DNA of 64,000 nt from Dendrobates tinctorius (Eukaryota), in the NCBI RefSeq assembly GCF_039654945.1, contig NW_027361696.1:19592001-19656000 (forward strand), written 5' to 3'. Below, piece by piece: positions 53,201 to 64,000 of this stretch. The notes below the pieces were generated by a model. That model searched no databases. It worked only from the letters and a program-made list of their open reading frames with translations, and was not told the origin of the DNA. The position numbers and the translations under genes were made by a program. Numbering within the stretch: the stretch's first letter is position 1; each line of letters starts with the position of its first letter.

Positions 53201-55544
53201 TGTGAGGGCTGATGCCCTCCTCGCAGTTTTTGCCCCACACAAGCCGAAGACTGTGAACCCGTTCCGATATTAGCCAATGGGATCGTCGTGTCGGCAGTTT
53301 TCTTGGACCTTCTGGAGGAGATCCGTAGGTCTCCGGAACGAGCTCCTGACACTACACCCCCCCAAAAATTGTTTGTTCCGAATTCCTTTCGCCTTCAAGT
53401 TCTTAAAGAGTCACATGACTCTGTTCTGGCAGGTCATCCTGGGCTCAACAATACCACCAGGTTGGTAACTAGGAACTTTTGGTGGCCGACGGTGGTCAAG
53501 GACTGTAAGAACTATGTTTCAGCATGTGAAGTCTGTGCCCGCGCCAAATCCACCCATAATCGCCCTGCTAGCTGGCTTCAGTCCTTGCCCACCCCTGAGA
53601 GTCCATGGACCCACATCTCCATGGACTTCATCACAGACCTGCCGACCTCAGATGGGAAAACATGTATCTGGGTGGTGGTAGACAGGTTCAGCAAACAGTG
53701 CCATTTTATTCCCCTGTCTGGCTTACCTAACTCCGAAACCTTGAGCAAATTGTTCCTTGTGCACATTGTACGTCTTCATGGTGTTCCGTCAAATATTGTG
53801 TCCGACAGAGGTACCCAGTTCGTCTCAAAATTCTGGAGGGCGTTCTGTAAACGCATCGGTGTTGAGTTATCCTTCTCCTCGGCCTACCACCCCGAAACCA
53901 ATGGGCAAACCGAACGTGCTAATCAAGCTCTGGAGCAATACCTCCGTTGTTACGTGTCAGGACACCAGTCCGACTGGGTAGAACATCTGCCATTGGCTGA
54001 GTTTGCCTTAAATAATCGCTACCAGGACTCTATTAAACCTACCCCTTTTTTTTGTAACCTTGGATTGCATCCGCGCTTTGGGTCGTTCACGGCTAGGATG
54101 TCGGAGCTCCCTGGGGTAGAGAAAAACATACATCGCTTGAAAACAATATGGTCTGAAGTAAATACGAATTTGAAAGGGGCTCAAGTTAGACAGGCTTCAG
54201 CTGCAAACAAACGACGGTCCAAGGGGCCACACTTGGGGGTTGGGGACAAAGTTTGGCTTTCGACTAAAAACATCAAACTGAAAGTACCGTCTGCCAAACT
54301 GGGTCCCAGATTTATCGGCCCATATGAAATTATAGAAGTGGTTAATCCGGTAGCCTTCCGTTTGAAACTTCCGCAGTCATTTAAATTACCTAACGTGTTC
54401 CACAAGTCTCTCCTCAAACTGTATCGCTCCCCAATTCACCCTGTCCAGTCCCCTCCTCCTCATGTTTCGGTCGGAGGGTCCTTGGAGTATGAAGTCCAGG
54501 GTATCCTTGACTCCCGCCTTGTGAGAGACTCCATACAGTATCTTATACACTGGAAGGGCTACGGCCCGGAGGAGAGGTCCTGGGTCCCCGCAAGGAACAT
54601 CCATGCCAAGGCATTAATTAGGAGATTTCATCTCCTTCACCCTGACAAACCGGGTTTTGAGGGTCCGGAGGCCCCTCCTGGAGAGGGGGGTACTGTCACG
54701 TCGCCGTCAGACTCGGGGCCCGCTGTTCCGCCCTCAGCCACTAGGAGGCGACGGACTGTCACGCCGCCCTCGGGCTCAAGGCCTGCTGTCCAGGCCTCGG
54801 CCATCAGGAGACGCCGGACTGACATGTCGTCGTCGATCTCGGGGCCTGCTGTTCCGCCCTCAACCACTAGGAGGCGCCGTGGCTCGCGCCCGAGTGAGGG
54901 CGGCAACAATGAAAGGGCTTCTGCGCAGGCGTCTACTGGACGCAGACTCCGCTCCTCTGTCAGTCATGAAGGGGCTGGTGCATCATCATCAGGTCTGGTC
55001 CTGGGGGCGGTCCTGATGACATCACCAGCCCGGGAGCCTGTGAGGGACGACCTGATCCCTCAAATACCTTGGGACTGGGCTTGCAAGCCACCGGATATAT
55101 TCTTGGTTCCCCTAGGTGTTACTTGTGATTGCCTATCGTTAACTCCGACCTCAGCCTGAACTTCTGACTACTCTGTTGCCTGCCGTTTTTGTACCTTGCA
55201 TTTCTCCTGATTACTGACGCTGACCTTGGCCTGGATTCCTGACCCCTCTACTACCTGACGATTTTGTATCTCCGCTACTCTCCCGGTTTTTGACCTCTGC
55301 CTGGACTCTCGACTCTGCCTCTGCCTGCCGTTTCTGTACCTCCGCTGCTCGCCTGGTTTCCGACTCCGTTTTTGGCTCCCTTCCTGCTGTTCTATTGCGA
55401 CCGTTCTGCTCTGGCACTCTGCTCCTGTTCAGACAGCGCTTCCTGGGCTCTGCAGTAAATCCAGATCCCTGTATAGGGGTAAAGGGTGTCGGTGCTACTC
55501 GGGGCGCTGTCTGTCTGCAGCCCAGACCGCAGACGGACGCGACA
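50282..55544 (+). mobile_element. Ty3/gypsy chromovirus-type LTR retrotransposon, two LTRs, gag almost absent
   Basis: 5' LTR 50282-51114 and 3' LTR 54694-55544 (TGTC...GACA; about 9 substitutions plus 12- and 6-bp indels by eye). 5-bp TSD GTTCC at 50277-50281 and 55545-55549. Polypurine tract GGAGAGGGGGG before the 3' LTR. Confidence 0.96.
51143..55159 (+). pseudogene. pol: retrotransposon pol (protease-RT-RNase H-integrase-chromodomain), interrupted by a stop at 53210-53212
   Basis: Protease VDSG; [21 protein letters not shown]; RNase H VEVDAS, DHKNL; integrase H-H/C-C zinc finger, SDRGTQF, GPRFIGPY; chromodomain YEVQGILDSR...YLIHWKGYGPEERSW. ORFs 51143-53212 and 53288-55159 are in the same frame, separated by a +1 indel (T run 53167-53173) and a -1 indel (~53220). 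The true start is unknown. Confidence 0.92.
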
Positions 55545-56559
55545 GTTCCCTAGTATCCTGCACCCTCCAGTCACACAGTCTCGTATCTCCTGTGAGCCGG
55601 CCACCTGGTGCCAACAGTCGTGGTATCGTATCCCCTGGGGCTTCCTCCTGACACTCCCTGTATAGGGGGTGGTCCTCACTAGGCTAGCTCGCCCTGGGAG
55701 GGTTGGTGCCGCGACCCAGAGAGTCCACTCCAGGAGTCGCTAACACTCTAACAGTGTGACAGTACCTTAAGGGGTACTTCACACACAGCGAGATCGCGGA
55801 TGCATCACCGATTTTGACGCAACAGTGACCTCTCCAGCGATCTCGCTGTGTGTGGCACGCATCAGCGACTGGCCCCCCTCACATTAACCCCTCGTTCTCT
55901 GTTTTGCAGCAAACTAAAATGAAGACCCGCGATCTCCCGGGAATCAGTGATTATAATGTGATCTTTGCAAAGAAAAGAAAACATTCTGAAAACTTCACAT
56001 CTTCCAGATAATTTTTTTTGCATTTTTTCGCAAAATCCTGTAAAATAAAAAATAAATAATTATTGATATGATTGTGAGTTGTTGTAATAGAGGGGGGATT
56101 ATTACAAAAAGGTGATCATCTGTGATCTATGGGTAAATCTGGCAGTAAGTGCTGGGCTTCCCTGCAGCGCCTCCAGAGGAGAAATTAAGCATTACACAGA
56201 AGTCACTGACTGTCCATGAAAGTCCTCCAGAGAGAAGACAGATGAGGGTCCTGATAAGGGGACCCCCCTCTAGTAACACTATGTAAGATAAAAAAAATTA
56301 TAGAAACCCTTATATGATCCGGTATAAATACAAGGGCCCAGAGAGAGGAAAACAACAGGATGGGGCAGTTAAAGGGAGTGATATCTGCAGAATAAGGGGG
56401 AGGGGACTTCAACGATGTGATTAGCATCCTGGGAAAATAGCGACTCCCACCACATTCTGCACCCCGACCCCATACACGGCCGTTCTGCAGCCGATGATCC
56501 TCTGTTAACCCTTCACTTAACTCGTCAAGCACGCAGCAGCTGAGCGGAGACTAACAACC

Positions 56560-56889
56560 AACTACACTCACTGCACATGCGCCAAGACGACACTGACTTG
56601 CCTCGTTACCTACAGCGCATGCTCAACGCGCAGGCGCATGTCAGCATTTCTGTCCTAACCCGTATTAACCATTTCCTTACTGGGTTATGTCTGGATCATA
56701 ATGGAACGACAAGCCCGCTGCGCGGTCACGGACAGCGCACATTCACTGCGCATGCTTATAGAAAAGACAGCCCCCTTCAACCTGTCACCTACTGCGCATG
56801 CTCAGATAGGTGATCCGCTACTGCGCAGGCGCGAAGCCCTGTTTCTGATTGGCCACTGATTGGTGACCAGCCGGTGGTCACTGGTCGCC
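56560..56889 (+). promoter_or_regulatory. tmem147 promoter with clustered NRF1-like and CCAAT motifs
   Basis: About six GCGCATGC/GCGCAGGC-type motifs between 56570 and 56832 and two inverted CCAAT boxes (GATTGG) at ~56847-56863. Confidence 0.65.
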
Positions 56890-59800
56890 ATGACGCTCTT
56901 TCATTTCGGTAACTGCTTCGCTTTGGCCTATTTCCCGTATTTCATCACTTACAAATGCAGCGGCCTGTGAGTACCGAGCACCGGGAGCTATGAGGAGTGT
57001 GTGGGGCCCCAGGTGGAGCTGTTGAGGAAGGTGCGGGGCCCCCTAGGGAATTGTGAAGATGGAGCGGGGCCCCAGGTGGAGCTGTGAGAAGGGTGCGGAG
57101 CCGGAGGGTGCGGGCCCCCGGGTGGGAGCTGTGAGGAGGGTGCGGGGCCCCTGGTGAGTTGTGAAGATGGAGCGGGGCCCCAGGTGGAGCTGTGAGAAGG
57201 GTGCGGAGCCGGAGGGAGGAGGGTGCGGGCCCCCGGGTGGGAGCTGTGAGGAGGGTGCGGGGCCCCTGGGGAGTTGTGAAGATGGAGCGGAGCCCCAGGT
57301 GGAGCTGTGAGAAGGGTGCGGAGCCGGAGGGAGCGGGCCCCCGGGTGGGAGCTGTGAGGAGGGTGCGGGGCCCCTGGGGAGTTGTGAAGATGGAGCGGGG
57401 CCCCAGGTGGAGCTGTGAGAAGGGTGCGGAGCTGTGAGGAGGGTGCGGAGCCCGAGGGATCTGTAAGGAGCGTGCGTGCCCCCGGGTGGAGCTGTGAGGA
57501 GGGTGCGGAGCCCGAGGGATCTGTAAGGAGGGTGCGGGCTCCCGGGTGGAGCTGTGAGGAGGGTGCGGAGCCCGAGGGATCTGTAAGGAGCGTGCGGGCC
57601 CCCGGGTGGAGCTGTGAGGAGGGTGCGGAGCCCGAGGGATCTGTAAGGAGGGTGCGGGCCCCCGGGTGGAGCTGTGAGGAGGGTGCGGAGCCCGAGGGAT
57701 CTGTAAGGAGCGTGCGGGCCCCCGGGTGGAGCTGTGAGGAGGGTGCGGCCCCCGGGTGGAGCTGTGAGGAGGGTGCGGAGCCCGAAGGGATCTGCAAGGA
57801 GGGTGCGGGCCCCCAGGTGGAGCTGTGAGGAGGGTGCGGAGCCCGAGGGATCTGTAAGGAGGGTGCGGGCCCCCGGGTGGAGCTGTGAGGAGGGTGCGGA
57901 GCCCGAGGGATCTGTAAGGAGGGTGCGGGCCCCCGGGTGGAGCTGTGAGGAGGGTGCGGAGCCCGAGGGATCTGTAAGGAGGGTGCGGGCCCCCGGGTGG
58001 AGCTGTGAGGAGGGTGCGGAGCCCGAGGTCTCTGTAAGGAGGGTGTGGGCCCCCGAGTGGAGCTGTGAGGAGGGTGTGGGCCCCCGGGTGGAGCTGTGAG
58101 GAGGGTGCGGAGCCCGAGGGATCTGTAAGGAGCGTGCGGGCCCCCGGGTGGAGCTGTGAGGAGGGTGCGGAGCCCGAGGGAGCTGTGAGGAGGGTGCGGG
58201 CCCCCGGGTGGAGCTGTGAGGAGGGTGCGGAGCCCGAGGGATCTGTAAGGAGGGTGCGGGCCCCCGGGTGGAGCTGTGAGGAGGGTGCGGAGCCCGAGGG
58301 ATCTGTAAGGAGGGTGCGGGCCCCCGGGTGGAGCTGTGAGGAGGGTGTGGGCCCCCGGGTGGAGCTGTGAGGAGGGTGCGGAGCCCGAGGGATCTGTAAG
58401 GAGGGTGCGGGCCCCCAGGTGGAGCTGTGAGGAGGGTGTGGGGCCCCTGGGGAGTTGTGAAGATGGAGCAGGGCCCTGGGTGAAGCTGTGAGGAGGGTGT
58501 GGGGCCCTGGGGGATCTGTAAGAGAGTTCGGGGCCCCGGGTGGAGCTGTGATGAGGGTGCGGGGCCCCGGCTGGAGCCGTGATGAGGGCGCGGGGCCCTG
58601 GGGATTGTGAGGAGGGGGGCTGTGAGGAAGGCGCGGGGCCAGAGTGTGGCTGTGAGGAGGGCGCCGGGCCCTGGGGATTGTTAGGAGGGGGGCCCAGGGG
58701 ATTGTGAGGAGGAGGGGGTGCTATGAGGAAGGCGCGTTGCCCAGGCTGTGGCTCACTGTGTGTCTGTGCTGCAGGTCGGAGTACAGCGCCTTCTGGAGAT
58801 GTGTCCAGGCCGGAGCCACCTACCTGTGTGTGCAGCTCTGCAAGGTGAGAGAGCAGGGGAGGAGGATGCTGGTGTCAGGGGCGGCACTGATAGGGGGTGT
58901 GCATCATGGTGGTAGTTGCATAAGAGGCATAATGGCATCACTGGTTGGGGGCTGCACGGAGGGCAGTGCAGGATGTAGAGGAGCACAATGGCACCGGTGT
59001 TTGGGGGCAGTGCAGTAAGTGAGGGTGGTACCATGGGTTAGTGCCAGGGGTCGCAGTGATGGGGAAAAGTGTGTATCAAGCCCTGCCCCTCATTATGATG
59101 TCATAATGGTTGCCATGGCGACGCTGATGTCGTCATAGGTTGCAAGCCCCGCCGCTCATGATGTCATAGTGGTTGACTATGGGATGTAGGATGTGTGATG
59201 GGTATTTGGGCACTGGACTATGGGATGGCGGATATGTATGATGGGTATATGCTCACGGGACTATGGGATGGCGGATATGTATGATGGGTATATGCTCACA
59301 GGACTATGAGATGGAGGATGTGTGATGGGTATATGGACACGGGACTATGGGATAGAGGATGTGTGATGGGTATATGGGCACGGGACTATGGGATGGAGGA
59401 TGTGTATGATGGGTATATGGGCACGGGACTATGGGATGGTGGATATGTATGATGGGTATATGGGCACGGGCCTATGGGATGGTGGATATGTATGATGGGT
59501 ATATGGGCACAGGACTATGGGATGGAGGATAATTATAATTTGCTATAACTAACCACAGTTAGTTACTATGCCCGGGCAGCGCCGGGCTCTTCAGCTAGTG
59601 TCTGATAAATGTCATTTCTGTTCTTGATCTCAGGATCTCGGCTTCTAGTTGGTGAATCTGTGCTGTACTTTCTGCTCATGCTCAGTAGTGACTGGGGCTA
59701 TGAAGTCAGGGAAATTGAGGAGTCAGAGGTTTGTCTTACCGACTCCACAGCCATTGTCTGTGCAGCAGGATGCTGGAGGAGAGGTGATTAGGTGCCGAGT

Positions 59801-62800
59801 TGTATAGGAGGCAGATTGGCCCCATTGATGTGGGGCAGCGTAGTAAGTATTAGTGGTGTCAGGGGTGACGGGGAGTTTGGCACAGTGGTTAGCGTGGTAC
59901 CAGTGGTGGTGGCACAAGAAGAGGATAACATTGGCGTGGTTGGGGGCGGCACAGTGAGGCTGGTGCCAGGGATAGAAATCATGGATTTGGCACTATAGGT
60001 TACATAGCACCAGTGGCTGCAGTAATAGGACTTGACCCCAATGGCAGAAGTAATGGTGGTGGAGGGGGTTGGCCCAGTGGGATGCAGTGTAGTAGGGGGT
60101 AGAGGGGGCACAGGAGGTGGATGGTGGGCAGGGAGGCAGAATGTCGCCATTACTTGGCGTAACGTAATAAGTGTAAATAGTACAAGGAGTAGAAGTAATA
60201 GAGGGCAGCTGGACACAGAGCAGGGACTAAAGGGCACAGGTAGTAAGGTGGTCCCAGGCTGCAGTAACAGGTGGCCAGATGTCTGTAGGGAACAGGGTAG
60301 TAATATGTTACACAGGAGGCAGGTAGGCTCCATTGATTGTGGATAATTTATTAAGTGTAGGTGGTCCTAGCGGCAGTGTGTGGCTTGCACAGCGGGCAGC
60401 GTGACTATGGGAAGAGGGTGCAGAACCGTGCAAAGTTTGCACAGCAGGCAGATAGCGGGCAGGATAACCCTGTGGGTTTGTGGCACAGCGGGTGAATAAC
60501 ATAGCCTGTCAGTGCGGTTATGATGTTGGGGTGATGGGGTCTTTGCAGCCACACTCCCACTATCCACAATAATAAACCACTGACATTGTTGGGCTCTACA
60601 TGGCGCATTGTGATAACTGCGACTGATGGTGGGGAGTAGATGGGGCTTCCCAGTGGTCAGTGGGGAGTAGACGGGGCTTCCCAGTGGTCATTCCATGGAC
60701 AGCATAGTGCCTGGATACAGGGATGCGGGCGGTGGCCGGGCATGTCTTTGCTGCTGGGGTTCAGCGGGGGTACAGATTCTGTGGGGTCCACGTTCCACTC
60801 AGTGCTGATATTTCTCTCCATTTCCAGATGCTTTTCCTGGCGACGTTTTTCCCGACCTGGGAGGGAGCGGCCGGCGCTTACGACTTCATTGGGGTGAGAC
60901 ACTTCAGGCTCCTTATCCTATTATGCGGTCACTTTGCCTGTTCTGGTGATCAGTGCATTATAGCATCAGATCGTGTGTAGTAAATCCTTCCTCCAGTCAC
61001 ATCCGGAGCTGCGCTCGGGGTTATATGCTTTCAGGTTTCTGCCCGTGGTTCTCAGCTGTGGGAGACGACACTTCAAGCAGTAGACGTTTCATGTATCCTA
61101 GTGATGCAGCTTTATATGTGACTGGAGGATACAAATGACACAAGTGCAGAATTATGATTGCAGCTCTGGCTGGGACTAGAGTACAGGCCATGACATAAAA
61201 GAATTAAGAAGCCAGCACTGGATGTGATTAGGAGACAAGATATTATAGCAGAAGTGTGAATGCCATGTGGTATTTGACTGGAGTAATTTGCATAACCTGA
61301 ATAATTGTGAATACAGCTCTGAATGTGACTGGAGATAAAACATGACCTAACAGTGAAATTGTGAATGCAGCTCTGGAGGTGATTGGAGAGTAAAACATAA
61401 CAGAATTGTGAATGCAGCTCTGGAAGTGATTGTAGAATAAAATGTGAAATAACAGAATGCAGCTCTGGAGGTGATTGGAGAGTAAAACATGACATAAAAG
61501 AATTATGAATGCAGCTCTGGAGGCGATTGGGGAATAACATAACAGGCTTCAGCTTGATGTGTGTGACTGCTCAGTAAGTGATGGTTCATTGCCACTTTTC
61601 AGGAGTTCATGAAGGCCACGGTGGACCTGGCGGACCTGTTGGGTTTGCACTTGGTGATGTCTCGTAACGCAGGGAAAGGCGAGTACAAGATAATGGTGGC
61701 TGCGATGGGATGGGCGACCGCGGAGCTCGTCATGTCGAGGTAAGAGTATTTGAAAACCATTATTTAAAGGGGCTGTGCACCCGAACTTCTGCAGTTGGCG
61801 CACATTTGGTACTGCCCGTCAGATGTAACCTCTTGGTTGGCGCTGACGTGAGGCAATGACTGCTCCCTTTTCAATGCTGTCTTGTTTGGTCGCAGGTGTC
61901 TCCCGCTCTGGGTCGGTGCCCGAGGTATTGAATTTGACTGGAAATACATCCAGATGAGCATCGATTCCAACATCAGCCTGGTAAGACCCCGGACCCGAGT
62001 CTTGCGTTACCGGCCCCGAACCCGCTCTGTACCCAACTTTTTAATCAAATATTATTAAAAAAGCTACCCTTAGGGAAAAAGTTATATAGTGCAATAATTA
62101 AAATCTCACTTTTTAGCCTGTAGTGTTGTGAACTAACCACAAGGATGTCTGGATACAGTAAATCACAGACCTCTTTGCCTAATTGCACATGCAACTGATC
62201 CCAGTTCTGAGTACCATTAAGACTGAATATAGATTAAAACATAGATTACTGTGATCAAAAAATATTTTTTCCAAACAATAACCATTTAAAGGCGTATGGC
62301 AAATCATGAATAACAAGGGATTCTCCTGTAATGGTTAGATGCGAAAGATCACAGTCATGTGGACATAAATCCATTTAGTGAGTGAGGAGAAAGTGTCCAT
62401 ACAATTCCACAGATAAATGTAATATGGAACAATCTCATCCATATGTTGAAAGGGCATCAATTGTCAGATTTTCATCCCAAACAGCAGAGATCCAAAGAGA
62501 GGAATGGGGTACACTTTCCCTGTTAAACCCACAAAAGGCAGGCATAATCCTAGACCCCAAAGCTTCCGCCATTACAAGGGAAGTCCACACCTGACCCTTA
62601 CTTATTAGTCCTATGTTTTCCCTGTGCATCCCAACGTGTTTCATCACTCTGTGAATCTTCAGGGGACCTGTCAGCACATAATGGGTATACTGCTATTGCA
62701 GAGAAGAAAGGGAAGTCACTCCCGGGCTGTTCGTATACTTATACTTGTGAGAGATTTGTGGGTTTTGACCCAAATTTTGCTGATTTTCTGACCTCTGTAC

Positions 62801-63199
62801 CCCTTGGTGTTGTCAGGTGCACTACATGGCGGTAGCGGCCTTGGTCTGGATGTGGACACGCTACGATCTCCCCGCTCACTTCCGTCTTCCGGTCACAGTC
62901 CTGCTCGGGCTCAGCATGTACAAGGCCTTCCTACTGGAGTGAGTATGGGGAGATGTTCTGCAGCAGCTTAGTGACGGAGAGTTGTGCTGTTTCTTATGTG
63001 TAGTCTGATATATCGAATCCTCCTGCTTCTGGCCTTTCCCAGCAAGCAGAGGTAGTGACGTGTGTCCTCTCTTTCCAGCTGCTTCGTGCACATCTTCTTG
63101 TTGGGGAGCTGGACGGCGCTGCTCCTGAAAGCTGTGACCACCGGTGTCCTGTCCCTGAGCTGCCTCACACTCTTCGTCAGTCTGGTCCACGGTAACTGA
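56890..63199 (+). CDS. tmem147: transmembrane protein 147 (BOS complex subunit), 7 exons, 225 aa
   Basis: Exons 56890-56966, 58775-58844, 60828-60893, 61603-61739, 61896-61980, 62817-62938, 63079-63199 (678 nt), all GT-AG. Characteristic peptides [54 protein letters not shown] and [31 protein letters not shown] at 63275-63280. Confidence 0.97.
56985..58730. repeat. G-rich minisatellite (~30-bp subunits, 60-bp period) in tmem147 intron 1
   Basis: GGGTGGAGCTGTGAGGAGGGTGCGGAGCCCGAGGGATCTGTAAGGAGGGTGCGGGCCCCC repeated. Confidence 0.93.
59076..59598 (+). mobile_element. non-autonomous Helitron-like element in tmem147 intron 2 (3' end clear, 5' end uncertain)
   Basis: GC hairpin CCCGGGCAGCGCCGGG about 10 nt before the terminal CTAG (59595-59598), followed by T. 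Internal ~42-bp minisatellite at 59170-59530. Confidence 0.65.
61100..61550. repeat. degenerate GAATGCAGCTCTGGA tandem/dispersed repeat
   Basis: Several copies here, and single copies near 1430, 3030 and (inverted) 63340. Confidence 0.75.
62629..62666 (-). ncRNA. minimal type I hammerhead ribozyme-like motif (degenerate, probably from a Penelope-like element)
   Basis: Minus strand reads UCCC-CUGAAGA-U-UCAC-AGA-GUGA-U-GAAA-CACG-UU-GGGA: stem I UCCC/GGGA, core boxes CUGANGA and GAAA, stem II UCAC/GUGA, minimal stem III, GUU cleavage triplet. Confidence 0.6.
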
Positions 63200-63922
63200 T
63201 CCTGCGAACGCCGCGTCCAGGAAGATGTTTAATAATGGGGAGAACTTTATAAGTATTATTACATAAAGCTTTGTAATAAATCAGACTCTGACCCTTCACT
63301 GCCCGGGTGAAGAACGACCGATGACTTACACCAGTCACATCCAGAGCTGCACTCACTCTTCTGCTCTAGTGCTAGTTGCTGCTGCATCCACATGGTCAAT
63401 GGAAAGAAAAGCAGTACAGTATGGGGGTCTCGGCTGGCTAGAGTGCAGGCGGCCATTGCTTCACTCAGGCCAGATTCCGTTCGCATCCAGACGCAATAAT
63501 AAACACTCAGCTGTCAGTTGTGTAATAATTTATTAATCTCCATCGTACGGAGTTGTGACATCACACAAAATCTTACTGCCACGTTGGTGCCACTCGCAGG
63601 GCGCGATGGGCAGAGTCACAGCACATAGAACTTAAAAAAGCGCCTGCCCCTCCGAGTACAGGACTCATCCCCTCCTTCCCTGACACAAGGGAGCGACACT
63701 GCAGCTGTAGCCCAGGATCCAAATTTTATTATGTACAGCAAATTCTCTGATTCGTGAGCGGAGAAAATCCAATCGGTCAGTGAGGGGTCTAGGCTCCTGT
63801 GTCTTCAACTGCGGAGGAGACTGGCGTGACTGGGTCCGTGGCGGGTGTCTGACAGGGTCCAGGGCGACTAATAGTAAAGCTCCTTGTCCCACCAGCCTGC
63901 GGAGAACATGAGGATGATTTAA

Positions 63923-64000
63923 CCCCTTAGTGACACAGCCAAATTTTTGAAATCTGACCACTGTCAATTTATGTGGTGATAACTCTGGAACGCTTCAACA
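63923..64000. mobile_element. start of a TTAA-targeting (piggyBac-like) element running off the window
   Basis: TTAA followed by CCCCTTAGTGAC; only one end is visible. Confidence 0.45.

Larger units (their letters stand above)
48845..55745 (+). mobile_element. older 5'-truncated gypsy element (integrase remnant, PPT, 3' LTR) whose LTR is split by the younger element
   Basis: Integrase zinc-finger remnant GHSSPAAGHVG...YWWPSIAQDVKDFVAACPSC (~49130-49270). PPT AAGGAGGGGGT precedes an LTR starting TGTTA at 49583; the LTR resumes at 55550 after the inserted element and ends TAACA at 55745. Confidence 0.8.

Noticed and set aside
47633-55767. 8-kb composite transposon bounded by perfectly matching AGGTACTGTCACA / TGTGACAGTACCT ends
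   Set aside because: The left end is already closed by its own TIR and TAA at 48027-48030; the match is better explained by two copies of one MITE family.
59723-60608. Pro/Thr-rich minus-strand ORF (181 aa) with a twice-occurring INGAxLPP-like motif in tmem147 intron 2
   Set aside because: No domain, splice or start context; probably an old repeat remnant. A BLASTx search would settle it.

Overview
Eukaryotic vertebrate DNA, very probably from a frog (spliced GT-AG genes, amphibian-type repeat landscape). It holds four intact genes reconstructed exon by exon: htr6 (minus strand, 3 coding exons, 423 aa), casp9 (9 exons, 403 aa), a chymotrypsin-C/elastase-family protease (8 exons, 269 aa) and tmem147 (7 exons, 225 aa). 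A decayed second elastase (CELA2-like) pseudogene lies at 46.2-48.3 kb. More than half of the window is repeats: a ~13.2 kb array of a 46-bp unit, a 33-bp array split by a hAT insertion, many minisatellites, Tc1 remnants, Harbinger- and hAT-type MITEs, a solo LTR, a Helitron 3' end, and a young gag-less Ty3/gypsy chromovirus nested in an older LTR. Most long ORFs in the supplied track are repeat artefacts. The most notable observations are a self-priming (tRNA-independent) primer site in the gag-less retroelement, a minimal hammerhead ribozyme motif in a tmem147 intron, a minisatellite apparently seeded from the pseudogene's splice donor, a 42-bp copy of a casp9 splice acceptor and exon start in the next intron, and a variant IAP-binding motif in caspase-9. 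I found no convincing wholly new multi-gene system. All coordinates were read by eye, and no database search was run.
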